Assembly: GCF_004010195.1 (NCBI RefSeq)
Contig: NC_057751.1
Coordinates: 14,877,398 to 14,941,397, forward strand
Origin: Chiloscyllium plagiosum
Taxonomy: Eukaryota
Length of the DNA: 64,000 nt
Reading direction: 5' to 3'
Shown: piece after piece, positions 36,749 through 50,203 of the stretch
Layout of the letters: each line of letters starts with the position of its first letter
How positions within the stretch are numbered: position 1 is the stretch's first letter
The notes under the pieces: generated by a model
Database searches by the model: none
Seen by the model: the letters and a program-made list of their open reading frames with translations, nothing else
What the model was told of the DNA's origin: nothing
Program-made: the position numbers and the translations under genes

Positions 36749-37199
36749 CATCCAGATTTAAAATTAACAGCTGATAGAGCATTGATTGCCATTTTCAGAA
36801 GAGTGTTTCCAAGTTTCTAACGCCTCTTGCGTGTAGAATTGCCTTGTCATTTCATTTCAGGGCGGTCTGGCTTTTTTTTAATGCTGTGACTCCCAGTAAG
36901 ACCATTTAGAAGAGGTACTGTGGGTTTCAAGGATGCTAAATGCACATTGGGTAGGGGACTTCAGTGTCCATCACTAAGAATGACTCAAATTGATTGACCA
37001 AATCGTGAAGAACCTATCTGCCAGGTTGGCCCTACAGCTGATGATTAAAGAGCCGACAGCAAAGAAAATCTATTTGACCTCACCCTCACTAACCCACATG
37101 CAGCAGATAAGAGAAGAGCCCACCTGGAACAGCACCAGGCAGATCTGAAATGAAATTCCAACATCATGAAGCTACAATACAGGACTGGATCCACAGTAA

Positions 37200-38600
37200 A
37201 CAGCAAAGCAGCACAGTTTAAGCAAAGCCAAACAATCCCACACTTAATGAGGCAGATCAAAGCTGTGCAGTCTTGACACATCCAGTTGTGAATGGTGATT
37301 AAATAATTGTTAGGAGCAGAAAGCTCCCATTCTCCATGCTGAAGGTGCCAAGCACACAACTGTCAAAGTCAAGGCTGAAGCATTCATAATCATATTCAGA
37401 ATAGGTGATTCACTTCAGCCTTCTCCTGAGGTTCCCCAACATCACAAATGTTAGATTTCATTCAAATCAAAGCATTCCATAAAATATCAAACAAAGACTG
37501 AAGGTTCTAGATAATGCAACAGGTAAGGTTCCTGATATTATTGAAGACTTACGCTCTTAAGCTAGCCATGCATTTAGTCAAGCTGTCCCATTACTGTTAC
37601 AACACTGGAATCTACTTGACAATGTGGAAAATTGCCCAATTTTGTCCTGCCCACAAAATTCAGGAGGAATTTAACATAGCTAATTACATCCTCATTCAGT
37701 CTATGTCTGATCAATAGCAAAGTGATGGAAGGTGTTATTGACAGTTCCTCAGCAATAACCTGCTCATTGATGCACAGTTTGGGTCATACTAGGACCATTC
37801 AATTTCTGATCTCATTACAGTCTTGGTCCAGACAGAGACAAAAGAGGTGAGCTGTCCAAGTGAAATGAAAGTGACATCAAGCTACCAATTAAAATATTCT
37901 GCAGTAAAGGAAGTTGAAATCAATGAGAATTGGGGAAAACTCTTCAATTATCTCAGTCCAAGCATGTCACTGCAAGAGTTCCTCAGGTAGTGTCCTAGAC
38001 CCAACAATCTTCGGCAGCTCCGTCAATAACTTTCCAATATGACATCACTGATGAAGATTGCACAGTGTTCAGCATCATTTGCAACCCCTCAGATAATTAG
38101 GCTATCCACGCCCATAAGCAGCAATAACTGGAAAACATTCCAGCTTCGGCTGATAACTGACCAGTAGCATTTGTACTACACAAGAGCAAGTCAACGAATC
38201 TGTGATCATCACCCCTTGATGTGCAATTTATTACCAATGCTGAGACCACACCATCGACATCCTTTGGGTTACCATCAGCTGGAATTGTAACTGGACTAGC
38301 CATACAAACACTGTGACTACAAGGGTAAATCAGAAACTGGGTATTCTATGTAATCACCTTCTGCAAAGGCACATTCAGGAGTATGGTGGAACACTGTCCA
38401 TTTGCCTGAATAAGTAAAGTTCCAGCACTCAAGAAACTCAACACCATTCAAACCAAAGCACTCTATTGGTTGACACTCCATCCAGGTCAAACATTCACTC
38501 CCTCCACTTCTGATGCACAGAGGCAGTAGTGTGTCATATACAAGATGTGTTGTAAAAATTCTCCAAGGCTTTTCCGATTTGGAGAAAGTCTTTTTCAACA
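37200..38600 (+). mobile_element. Degenerate non-LTR retrotransposon RT region
   Basis: YNTGIYLTMWKIAQ.CPAHK, DAQFG, RVPQ.SVLDPTIF remnants. Confidence 0.7.
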
Positions 38601-38734
38601 TATTGTCACAATGACTGCCCTGCAGAAGAATTTAAGGAGTTAATCACAGGAAAGCTGGGGGTCAGGAAATAGCATCTTCCATGCCGGTGATTCTACCATG
38701 AAGAAGCAGGCAATGAATGCAACCTGCTTCTTCA

Positions 38735-39090
38735 TGGGCAGCCCTTTGGAGGATACTGCCTTGCTTCCACTTCGATTTGCAAAGTTCTCAGATGGCTAAT
38801 ATGTCCAAAGCATGAACTGCAAGCTCTATCTCATGCAGCATAGCTGTAGATGAAGTGTCAGGAAGGTGGGTTGTTTAGAGGTCTGCGCACTCCCTCCAAT
38901 GACATCACTTCTGCAGTTTCACAGTGAAGACTCTCCATTTCTATTTACTGCCTTCTCGAATGAACCTTTCCATGTTTGGTTCACCACGAGCCAGAGGGTT
39001 CCATGAGTTTGTTGTGGAAATTTTACCTCTTCAGGGGTCATTTGAAGACATCCTCAAAACACTTCCACTGTTCTTCCCTTCACTTGTGTC
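38735..39090 (-). mobile_element. Degenerate RTE-like LINE 3' fragment
   Basis: Resembles 13080-13385; tttgaagacatcctcaaaac.cttcc motif typical of RTE C-termini. Confidence 0.45.
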
Positions 39091-39319
39091 CTGACAGCAC
39101 TGTGCATGTGCCTGCACCAATTGGACTGCAGCAGTTCCACAAGGTTGCTCCCTATTATGTTCTCAAGGGCAATTAGAGTGGGCAACAAATGCTGCGTGCC
39201 AGCAATGCTCTAAATGCATACATGAATACATATTTTAAAATATCAATCTCTCTCTTCTCAGGATTCACTTACCACTCAAACACTCTCATCTCATCATATA
39301 GAAAATCAATAAAGAAAGT

Positions 39320-39735
39320 GAGGCTTGAACTTTATAGTGCTTTCACAATCCCAGGATGTCTGAACGTTCTGGAAAACCAATAAATTGTTTAATACGTAGT
39401 CACCGTTGTGATGTAGGAAAGGCAGCAGCCAATTTGTTTGTAACAATCGCCCACAAAAAGCAATAAGATAAACGGTCAGATAATCTGTAATAGTACAAAC
39501 ATTGGGTGAGAGATGAATATCTAGCCAGGATATTAACAGAATTACCCTACTCTTCTTTGATGAACGACCTTCGAATATTATATGTTTCACTCAGAGGGTG
39601 GACGGAGTCCTTGGCTTAGCATCTCATCTGAAAGACACTGCCTCCAACAGTGCAGCTCTCCCTCAATACTGCAATAAAGTGCCAGCCTGAATTTTGTGTT
39701 CACGCAAACATCAATCCAGGGCCTTCTAACTTGGA
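39320..39735 (-). mobile_element. DeuSINE (SacSINE1-like)
   Basis: Plus strand catctcatctgaaagacactgcctccaacagtgcagctctccctcaatactg = reverse Deu core. Confidence 0.75.
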
Positions 39736-39754
39736 AAGGAGTGCTGTGTGGTGT

Positions 39755-40248
39755 TGTGGAACTTGAAAGGGTTCAGAAAAGACTTACTAGGATGTTGCCA
39801 GGTTTGGAGGATTTGAGCTATAGGGAGAGGCTGAACAGGCTGGGGCTGTTTTTCCTCAGTCGGGGGCTGAGGAGTGACCTTATAGAGGTTTACAAAATCA
39901 TGAGGGGGCATGGAGAGAGTAAATAGACAAAGCCTTTTTCCAGGGGTTGGGGAGTCCAGAACTAGAGGTCATAGGTTTAGGGTGAGAGGGGAAAGATATA
40001 AAAGAGACCTATGGAACAACTTTTTCACACAGAGAGTGGTGCATATGGAATGAACTGTCAGAGGAAGTGGTGGAGGCTGGTACAATTGCAACATTTAAGA
40101 GGCATCTGGATGGGTATATGAATCAGAAGGTTTGGAGAGATATGGGCCAGGTGCTGGCAGGTGGGACTAGATTGGGTTGGGATATCTGGTCGGCATGGAC
40201 GGGTTGGACTAAAAAGTCTGTTTCGATGCTGTACATCTCTATGACTCT
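39755..40248 (+). mobile_element. CR1 3' fragment
   Basis: LERVQKRLTRMLPGLEDLSYRERLNRLGLF...DLIEVYKIMRG plus tail. Confidence 0.92.
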
Positions 40249-43200
40249 GTGAGTCGCTTGTGCACAGAATAGTTATCAAAAGTTGCCAAAGTTTGATCCT
40301 GGTTCTTGAATATAAATAACACCACTCAGAGGCAAAGGGGAGGATGCTGAGTAGGTGGAACTGGGATGGAACCTTATCCAAGGGAGAAACATAGGTGACA
40401 AAAAGAAAATATCTACCTTGAAGGAATTGTAGTTGTAATTTCCTGTTGACTTTCTAGTGTTTTACCTTTTACAATAACCCTTGGTTGTCTCAAACCAAAC
40501 TCATAAAACACATGTTATTGCATCAGCCAGTAATGTTTGAACATTTTGCACTATTTGCAGAATATTATTTTAAAACAAGTCTTTAAAACATCAGAGTTCA
40601 CAGGAAAGTCTCTTAGAATTTAGTGTTAAATTCTAAGTTGGGAGTCAAGATTTAACTCTTCACATATCTTTACATTCCACCAGTACTATCTCTCCAGTTG
40701 AAGCTCATCGTTCTAGTCCTTTAACTCCTCATCAAGATCTATCCCCCGACATCACAATCCATCAAAGCCCAACCATCTAGCCCATTATTTTCCCAACAAA
40801 ACACATCTTTGTAGTTCCCTAACTGTTCCATTGAAGTTCAACACTCTAATCCCCTCATTAAAGCCATCCCTCGAGCCACCTAAATTTCTGTTCAAAGGCC
40901 ATCCTTTGGTTCCATAATCCTCCATGAAATGCTGATTGCCGTCTGGCAGACAATTACAGACATTCAGAAATAATAATTTAAACAGGGAAAGTGTGTTTTT
41001 AGAATGTCCAAACTGGCAGATTTACTAATTTGCCCCTTCCCTGGAGATTCTTCTGCTTCCCAGTGTCCTGGCCCACAAGTGACACCACACTAGTACCTTA
41101 TCCAAAAAGTGCTTGCCACTCAGATGGTCTAAAACAGTGTAAGGCAGGGTTCAACGTCCCAGCAAACCTTTGCCCTCAGTCACCTTTCTAATAGGACACA
41201 CTAACCATTTGACCAGAGGCAGGAACATTGGCCAACTCTCCTCTCCATTGCTCTACATTTGGGGCCATTGCAATACTGAGGCCCAAGAGATCCGGGCATT
41301 AAACATACCAGCAAATGGATTTGAATGTCCTAGATTATAATCACATTGAATGCTGCTGGTTTATAATCAGCAGGTGGTCTTTCTCCCGATTTGTTTAGGG
41401 TTAACCTTGAGGGTCAACAGTTGTAATAGAAGCGTTAATGTTATTTCAACCTGTGTGCTTCATTGAGCAGGAATGGCAATTTCTGGTATTGTGAGTAACA
41501 AGCTCAATCTTTTATTATCTTTTTATGAAATTGTACAGGAGACCCAGTGAGTCATGTTTTTTATGGCTCTTTGCAGTGGAGCTCCAATATAAACAGTTGA
41601 TTTGCTGACCCAATGACACTAAATCTTTCTAAGATTATAGCAAACAAATGAGCAAATGTCACTGAATGTACAAGAGGAAAACATTGTCTCACGTCACTTA
41701 TGGGGGATGCTGGCAATCAAATTCATCACAGAAACGCTGCCAACATTTTCCTGAAATCCTACATTGTTTCCTTGTGCTGAAAGCTGAGAAAACACGACAC
41801 GAAGGGGATACTTAGTAGAGATATTGTGCTGTTTTGATAGAGTAAAAAAAATGTTTCCGCTGGCAGGCAATTGAGTAACCAAATGATGCAGCTTTTAAGA
41901 TCAATGATAGAGGTGACTTAAAAATTTATTTCAAGCGTAATGATTAATATATGATAATCAGCCACACACTGCCTGAAAGCATGATATAAGCAGATTCTAT
42001 CACCAAAGGAAATGGATAAATTAATCATCAAAGCAACATTTGCAGGGCTGTGGGTGAGACTAACTTTGAAGAGAACCCATTATTCTGATCTGAATGACAT
42101 CCCAGTCCACAAGGTGTGATTGCAAAGGCAGAGGACTTGACAACATGTTATCTGACCAACCTCAGAAAAACAGCACTAGAAGAAACAAATGGGATTCCAA
42201 ACAAAAATGGATGGGAGGGGAATTAGGTTTCTGAGATAGAAAGGTCTTCAGCACAGTAAGATAGGTCTCAAACTCGGCCTGTAAATTGAAATACCATAAT
42301 TGAGGTGCTTGTGGTTCAGCACTTAACTGGTGATGCCGTGCGGTGTCATGGTTATCTCAGTAATGGAGAGTGATTCTTTCCAATGCAAGGATTGTTTTGG
42401 CCCAGGGGAAATGTCCCTATGCTATGTTTGTACTGCATAGCAGCAGAGATACATTTATTCTGAGAAGTGGCTTTATTCCAGTGACACATACTCAGGAATG
42501 AAGTCAGTTCCTAGCCTATCCCACTCCACCCCAGGAAAGCTCCAACATGTCACTTTTTCCTTTATCATTTGACCAACCTTCAAAACTCTCATGTGTCGCT
42601 ATTGTTCCTCTTTTGATCCTCAACCTTGAAATCAAGTGACTTTGCGTAAGTTCTGATTCTGGGCGTTTCTGCATTGCTGCCCCTCTCTCAATCCAACACT
42701 TGGTTGTCATGACATGCAGTAGTTCAACCAAATCCCCGTACCTCTTCACTCTCTTCTCAAACCAATAGTAGTCATAATCAGAATCATTAACCCTCATACT
42801 ATTTTTCAGCATCTTCCCATTTATTGTTCCTGCCTCTTTGGTACAGTAATTCAGCACCTTTCTTGTGTTGGATAGGTAATACAATTACGACTCTGGGCTT
42901 GTGATTTGTCATTTGTAAGTTAATTGTCAATGTGACCATTAGCCACAGCTTATGTTGCTCACTCTCTGTCTCACCTTGACATCTCCAAACTCTCTCTTTT
43001 GTCAGAGTTGATGTCAGGCAAGGCGATGAAATGGGGCTAGCCCTCCCACATTGTCTGCCAATAAGCATCATTCTCTATCCTGTTCTGGCCCAGTGCTGAC
43101 ATCCTGTTTCCCACCCCACCCATCCCCCTGGTGCCTCTCCCCAAGGCAACCAGTTGGAAACTGGATTATGTGTCTGCCTGGATTCATGCCCACTGGGTGA

Positions 43201-43455
43201 ATGTTGACCCCAGACCAGATGTGTGAGGATCAAGCTGTCCCTGTAGACATTCTGGAAGAACCTGACAGGAGAAAAATTCTGTTAACACCCTTTCAACACC
43301 AGGTTACATCACCTTCATGAGTCAACAATCTTAGGTCTAGTGCCAATTTGAGGAAGAGCCAGCATACTCCTCTGACTGTGGTCAACTTAATTACCAAGAG
43401 TCAGGTATTCTATCGCGAACAGAAGAACCGCACTGCTACTCAAGTCAGGCATTGT

Positions 43456-43771
43456 GGGCGGCATGGTGGCACAGTGGTTAGCACTGCTGCCTCACAGCGC
43501 CAGAGACCCGGGTTCAATTCCCGCCTCAGGCGACTGACTGTGTGGAGTTTGCACATTCTCCCCGTGTCTGCGTGGGTTTCCTCCGGGTGCTCCAGTTTCC
43601 TCCCACAGTCCAAAGATGTGCAGGTCAGGTGTATTGGCCATGCTAAATTGCTTGTAGTGTTAGGTAAGGGGTAAATGTAGGGTTATGGGTGGGTTGCGCT
43701 TCGGCAGGGCGGTGTGGACTTGTTGAGCCGAAGGGCCTGTTTCCACACTGTAAGTAATCTAATCTAATCTA
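43456..43771 (+). mobile_element. HE1-type V-SINE, near-consensus, TSD attgtg
   Basis: A/B boxes, V core, (AATCT)n tail; attgtg at 43451-43456 and 43772-43777. Confidence 0.93.
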
Positions 43772-44404
43772 ATTGTGACCCAAAAGTCACATATAGATAC
43801 TGGCATTCTTGAGTCATTGAACACTTACAGCACAAAATGTGGCCATATCTTTGCAAGAGCAAAACAATTAGTCCTGGTTTCTTTCTTGGTATCCTTGCAA
43901 ACGTTTCTTTCTCAGATGATTATCTAATTCTTTTTTGAAAGCCATGATTGGATTTTTCTCCACCTCACTCTCAGATCGTACATTCCAGATCCTAACCTTT
44001 CATGGAAGAGAAAAGATTTCTCCTCGTGTCACTGTTGCTTCTTTTGCCAATCACCTCAAATTGGAGCCCTATGATTCTTAACCCTACACAGCATCAAATT
44101 ACTAACTGAATGAACTCAGGACCCCAGATTTTCACTTTGTTTGTTACTGAGTTAACGAAGAGTTTGACTGACAACAACTGATCTCACATTAACTGGTTAA
44201 GTGAGAAGGATAAGGCAGTCTCCCTTCTAATTCATATTTGTGAGACCTGGTGTGTCCTTTGCTTTTCTCTCCTTCCAAGGATGCTGCCTAACTGCTGAGA
44301 ATTTCCGTTGTTTTCTGTTTTTAATTTCAGAGTTCTAGCATCTGCAGTATTTTGATATTGTTTCCTTTATTGCTGGTTTTTCTGGGGCTGTGACATGCTA
44401 TTTA

Positions 44405-44497
44405 TGGAGGGATTCCTGATGAAGGGCCTATGCACAAAACATCGATTCTCCTGCTCCTCGGATGCTGCCTGTACTTTCCCAGCACCACACTCTTGAC
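44405..44497 (+). mobile_element. Penelope-derived fragment with decayed hammerhead-like motif
   Basis: cctgatgaagggcctatgcacaaaacatcgattctcctgctcctcggatgctgcctg. Confidence 0.65.
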
Positions 44498-44603
44498 ATG
44501 CTGTTTATGGGATGATCTGTTCCTGGCTTTCTGCCCAGTTCAAAGAAAGAATTAAAAGGCAACTTACTGAAACAACCCTGAAGCAAATACAGGAGATATT
44601 GAT

Positions 44604-45355
44604 AGAGTCATAGATTCATAGAGCTGTACAGGATGGAAACCCTTCTCTCCAACTTGTCCATGCTGACCAGATATCCCAGATAAATCTAGTCCCACTTGCC
44701 AGCACTTGGCCCGTAGCCCTCTAAACCCATCCTATTCATAAACCCATCCAGATGCCTTTTAAATGTTGTAATTGTACCAGCTTCCACCACTTCCTCTGGC
44801 AGTTCATTCCATACACAGACTACCCTCTGCATGAAAATGTTGCTCCATAGATCTCTTTTAAATCTTGCCCCTCTCACCCTAAACCTCGGCCCTCAAATTT
44901 TGGACTTAGCCATCCCAGAGAAAAGACTTTCTGTATTTACCCTACCCATGCCCCTCATGATTTTATAAACATTGATAAGGTCACCCCTTAGCCTTCAATG
45001 CTCCAGGGAAAATAACCCCATTCTATTCAGCCTCTCCCTACAGCTCAAATCCTCTAACCCTGGCAACATCCTTGTAAATCTTTTCTGAGCCCTTTCAAGT
45101 TTCACATCATCCTTCCTGTAGCAGGGAGACCAGAATTGCACACAGATTTCCGAAAGTGGCCTAACCAATGTCCTGTACAGCCATGACATTCCCTCCCAAC
45201 TCCTTTACTCAATGCACTGAACAAAAAATGCAAGCATACTAAATGCCTTCTTCACTATCCTATCTACCAGTAACTCCACTTTCAAGGAAGATTGAACCTG
45301 CACTCTAAGGTCTCTTTGTTCAGCAACACTCCCCAGGACCTTAACATGAAGTGTT
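44604..45355 (-). mobile_element. CR1 3' fragment
   Basis: LYRTLVRPL..CVQFWSP..LERAQKRFTRMLPGL; tail at 44604. Confidence 0.92.
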
Positions 45356-45699
45356 AATCTTGGTAATTCCTAAATAAAACCTGAAAGTTGTCAACAAGCT
45401 TTCTGGGGAGAGAGGAACAAGATTGATACTTCAAGTTGGTGTCCTTTGTTATTCTGGTTAAAGTTTGAAGTTTGAGCACATGATATGCAGGGAAGGATGG
45501 GAAGAAGAGATCAAAGGAAACAGGAAGGGATAAATTAAAGGAATTTTGGTGCATTGCCAAGCAGAGTGGTAAAGGGGATAAGTAGAGAAACGAAAGATGT
45601 GTTTAGAGGAGTCATGAATGGCTGGATACTGAAAATACAACTGAATGGCTGGATACTGAATAACATGAAACCTAATGCAGTATGTTCCTATAAACGTGA

Positions 45700-47980
45700 G
45701 GGACAAGGCTAGTAGGTGTAGGGCAAGCTGGATGACTATAGAAATTGAGTCGAGTCAAGAAAAAGAAGGAGGCATACGGCAGGTGGAATTTAGACAGCTG
45801 GGATTAAGTGAATCCCTGGAGGAGAAGTAAGGTAGTAACAGAGTATTCTGAAGTGGGAGATGGCATGGGGCAGGGTGACACTCGGCACACAGACACACAA
45901 GATGGCCGCTGAGCCATCAGTTGGCTATTTGACACATAAGATGGCCACTGGACCACAATATGGAGACAGACAGCACAGTAAATACAGATACTGTCTGGGG
46001 CCACCAGAATGCAAGCACAATGCACACACAACCTAGTTGATTAGTTTAAGGTGGGTAGGGGAGAGAATATATGATTAATGTACACTGCCCGCCAAAATGT
46101 CTGGGTCCAGCCAACACCTTTTATAGAAATGCTAACAGCTTGGTAAGGACTCTATCTAGAGTGCTAATAGCCAGGGCTGCAGTAATCATCCTTCTCAGGA
46201 AGAGCGATTAGCAGCCATTACGAGAGCAATGGATTTCCAAGTAGACATTGAAACGAACAATGTCAGCGCTGAAACTGACAATGACCGCGCTGAAAATTAA
46301 CAAAGGCTGTGCTGGAACTGACAATGACTGTATCGAAACTATCAATTATTCTGCAATGATTGCCATAATCAAACCATGTTACAAAGACAATAATCTCATC
46401 ACTGACCTATTGTATCACAAGATGTACAAAAGTGTCTTGACATGTGAGAGAAGAATCGCAGCTGACCACTGTGCTGTTGGTGTCTTTCCCTCCCCAGAGC
46501 TCCGGTATTTCCTTGTGCAATAAAGTCTGTCATTGAACCCCGACTCTGACTCCGAGACTGGTAATTTTCCCTATAACAATTGAAAAGGGAAATAAAGATG
46601 GCAAAAATGGGACGTGAGATATTTTTAGCAAATAGGGTTAAGTAGAATCCAAAGAGTTTCTACAAATACATTAAAGGCAAAAAGAGTATCCAGAGGGAGA
46701 ATTAGGCCCCCATAAAGATGCGAAGAACCGGTGTGAGATGCTAAATAAGTATTTTACACTCGTATTTACTGTGTAGAAGTATTTACAGGTAGACAGGGTA
46801 GTGAAGAAAGTGTTTTGTACACTTACCCTTATTGGTCAATGCATTGAATATAGGAGGGGATGTCATGTTGAGGCTGTACAGTGGACATTGGTTAGGCCAC
46901 TTGTGGAATACCCACATTCAGTTCTGGTCTTCTTCCTGTTGGAAAGATGTCAAACTTGAAAGGATGCATCTACTGTGGAAACTAGAGAACTTGGAGAAAT
47001 AAACAATGATATCTTGAAAAGTGTCCATGTTACAGAGAAGGTGCCTAAAGGTGGATAAATTCCTGGGACCTGGTCAGGTGTATCCGAGAACTTTGAGGGA
47101 AGGTGGTCAGGAAAAGCCAAGGAACTATAAACCAGTGAGCCTGATGTCAGTGGTGGGTAAGTTGTTGGAGGGGATTATGAGGGAGAGGATTTACATGTAT
47201 TTAGAAAAGCAAGGACTGATTAGGGATAGTCAACATGGCTTTGAGTATGGGAAATCATGTCTCACTAACTTGATTGGGTTTTTGAAGAAGTGACAAAGAA
47301 GACTGATGAAGATAGAATGGTGGACATTGTCTATATAGACTTCAGCAAGGCATTCAATAAGGTTCATCGTGGTAGACTGGTTGGCAAGGTTAGATAACTT
47401 GGAATCCAGAGAGAAGTAACCATTTGGATCAAAATTGGCTTGAAGGGAGGAGATGGAGGGTAGTGCTGGAGGGTGGCTTTTTGGACGAATGGTCTGTGCT
47501 GCAAGGAAGGTGCTGGGCTCACCACCTTTTCTTATTTATGTAAATGAATTGGATGTGAATGATAGGACGAATTGTTAGTAAGTTTGCAGAGGACACAAAA
47601 TTGGTGATGTAATGGAGAATGAGGAAGCTTATCTCAGAGTAGAGTGGGACCTTGTTCGGATGAGCTGAGAAGTGGCAGATGGAGTTTAAGATGGCGATAA
47701 TGTTGAGATGTTGCATTTTGGTAAAGCAATCAGGGCAGGACTTTTACACTCGATGATAATATCCTGCTGAGTTACCAAACAAAGAGACTTTGGGGTGCAG
47801 GTTCACATTTCCTTAAAGGTGGAGTCACAGGTCGATGGGGAAGTGAAGAAGGCATTTGGTACACTTCCTTTATTAGTACGTGCATTAAGTATAAGAGTTA
47901 GAATGTCATATTGTGGCTGTACAAGACATTGGTTAGGCGACTTTTGGAATACTGTGTTCAGTTCTGGTGTCCATGACATA
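45700..47980 (+). mobile_element. Degenerate CR1 ORF2 interrupted by a solo LTR
   Basis: KEAY, NPKSFYKYIK, NYKPVSLMSVVGKLLE..QHGF..KSCLTNL, SKFAEDTK motifs. Confidence 0.88.
45849..46578 (+). mobile_element. Solo LTR (730 bp)
   Basis: TG...CA ends (TGAAG...TAACA), flanks attc/attg, two AAGATGGCC YY1-like motifs, TACAAAA, AATAAA 46519-46524; splits a colinear CR1. Confidence 0.8.
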
Positions 47981-50203
47981 GGAAACTGGAGAACTCAACA
48001 TGGAACATTGTTCCAAGTTAATGAGTTTGCTAGTTCAATAGAGCCCAGTACCATATCACACTGTTATTGACTGAGCTCATTGGAGAGGAATGGGCAGGAG
48101 TTTGAAATTAGGATCAAAATAAGAAGCTGCACACAGCAGAAATGTACTCACTAACCTATCATGTTGCTTATCTGTTATCTGGACTGAAACCTCAATAGCC
48201 ATGTTCACTGTCTATCTTATCAGTTCTGCAGTTTATGTACCTTAATCATCGGGGTCATCATATTTTTCTAGCAGTGGCTTGATATCATTTGACTGATCTT
48301 CACAGCAGCTATAATTTTCTGAACCACCCTCAATGAGGAACAGAACATGACGATCTCAATTTCTCTCTTTTCATCCTGTGTGGTTTGCACTATGAAGTTC
48401 TGCAGTATCCCAAAGTCAAACATTACATTTCACTGCTTACAGTGAAATACAAGTGCTATTGAACAGAAGGTAGTTCCTCGAGTCTACTCTGTTATTCAAT
48501 AAAATATGATTTTGGCCTTATTTCCACTTCCCTGTCTGCTCTCCCACAACCATTGACTTCCTTGAAGGTCAGTGTCCATTGGCATCCTGTGCCAATGTTC
48601 TCCCCATCTCCACACCTTGCATCCTTTACCAGTCTTGCTGTTTTGAGCATACAACAGATGCTGGGATTCAGGATCCAACTCTGGTCTGTTGTCACAACTG
48701 CAGCATCTACTCCATTTCTCGTGCATTAATTTTGATTGCCATGAACATCTTTTCATCTCAGTCTTTTATAGCAGTTCCTGAAACTTGACACTAATTTCTG
48801 CAAGGAGAAAGTGAGGAATGCAGATGCTGGAGACCTGAGACCCGAACGTCGATTCTCCTGCTCCTCGGATGCTGCCTGGCCTGCTGTGTTTTTCCAGCAA
48901 CCAATTTCTGCAACACAGAGACAGGAACACAGTATATGTGGTTGAACTAAATTTCACTTAGGTACCCTGTATTTCAATTCTGCTCCTCTCAAAATCAGCC
49001 CCAAAATGCTGTTTCCATTTTTGGTGGCCCTTATTCATCCAATTACTTAGTTTTCATATATTCAACCTTGTTACTCTGAAGCAAAATTCTGAAGAAGGAC
49101 ATTGAAAAAAAAATTGGATTATTACTTTTTTTCATTGCGCTGGTGTCTGCGAATTGTAGAGTTTAATCTTACCTGATCTGTGATTGCAAATCCTTCATTA
49201 CTATTAAATTTCTGTTTGCTAAATAATGTTCAGAGTCTTGAGTACACAAAGAGTCAATATACACAACTACAGCCGCAGTAATGGATGTGATGTGAGTTAG
49301 AGGAAAGACAGTAGCAGTATATTGTGTTACAAAAGTCAGAAAAAAGCTTGCAAGGCTGAATAGCTGTTGAGGCTGAATATAGAATCCATGTACAATTTGC
49401 AAAACACAAGGTGCAGTGGTATGACCATGGCTGCATCACCCTGGGAACAACCTGAGTGGAGACTTGATACATGATGCAGAGATCCATAATTATTAATGGC
49501 CTGAGTTTCCTGAACAACGAACAGGATGGTTATTTACTTTCCAGCTCGTCAAACCCATTCTATAACATGTCATCACTGCCTTGCCCACCAAGACCACAGA
49601 GCTGGTATTGAGGTCACAATCCTGACCACCCAAAATCTGGGAACATTTCACACCCACACTCAGTAGATGAGGTCACCTGACAGCAGAACTGTGTCAAAGA
49701 AAAATAGCCCAAAAATTAATGCAGACAATGAAAGACTGAGAAGATATGTTTATGATTGAAGATACCAAACTTCTGTGATCATCACTGAAGATACAAAGTC
49801 AAGGTTGGTTAGCGATTTGAATCAGTTTCTGACCATCCTTTTGCTATTCCAATAGGTTTGTTTCATTGTGATCTCTATCATATGTTCTGCCAAGAAGAAT
49901 CTAATTTGAACATGTGCCTGTCACCATTATCTTCATGACTAACAATAACAGTATCTTGTGTCTTTAAAATGCCACACAATGGGGCTGGTGTTCTGATGTC
50001 AGATTACAGCACCATGTTGGGGACAGAAATTCATGTAATCTACCTGGAGAAATGGATGATGTTGAATTACACAAAATGCTTTGCTTTTTATTGGTCACTT
50101 TCATGAATAAGAAAATCAAGTTCAGGAAAATAAAAATTAGTGAGTTTTCAACTGATACCTCTGAGTTTTTAATCTCCATAAGTAATTCGCAGATAGCAGA
50201 AAT
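46650..50203 (+). repeat. Tandem segmental duplication, copy 1 (3554 bp)
   Basis: Identical ORF translations at 47021 and 50575 (offset 3554), and at 48492 and 52050. Confidence 0.97.

Noticed and set aside
38896..38908. caatgacatcac resembling the human tPA CRE
   Set aside because: Inside a LINE remnant 3.6 kb from the promoter; probably chance.
43456..43530. tRNA gene
   Set aside because: A/B boxes belong to SINE heads followed by V core and LINE-like tail.
45615..45660. 27-bp spaced direct repeat tgaatggctggatactgaa
   Set aside because: Ordinary local slippage duplication in degenerate sequence.
44604..47980. Single CR1 with 5' inversion (twin priming)
   Set aside because: The minus and plus pieces cover overlapping ORF2 segments, so separate insertions are more likely.
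49173..49511. Possible minus-strand coding exon in the duplication (gttcag ... CAG|gtaaga)
   Set aside because: No frame stays open across it in copy 1, copies differ by a frameshift, and the donor is GC in copy 2; a non-coding exon cannot be excluded.
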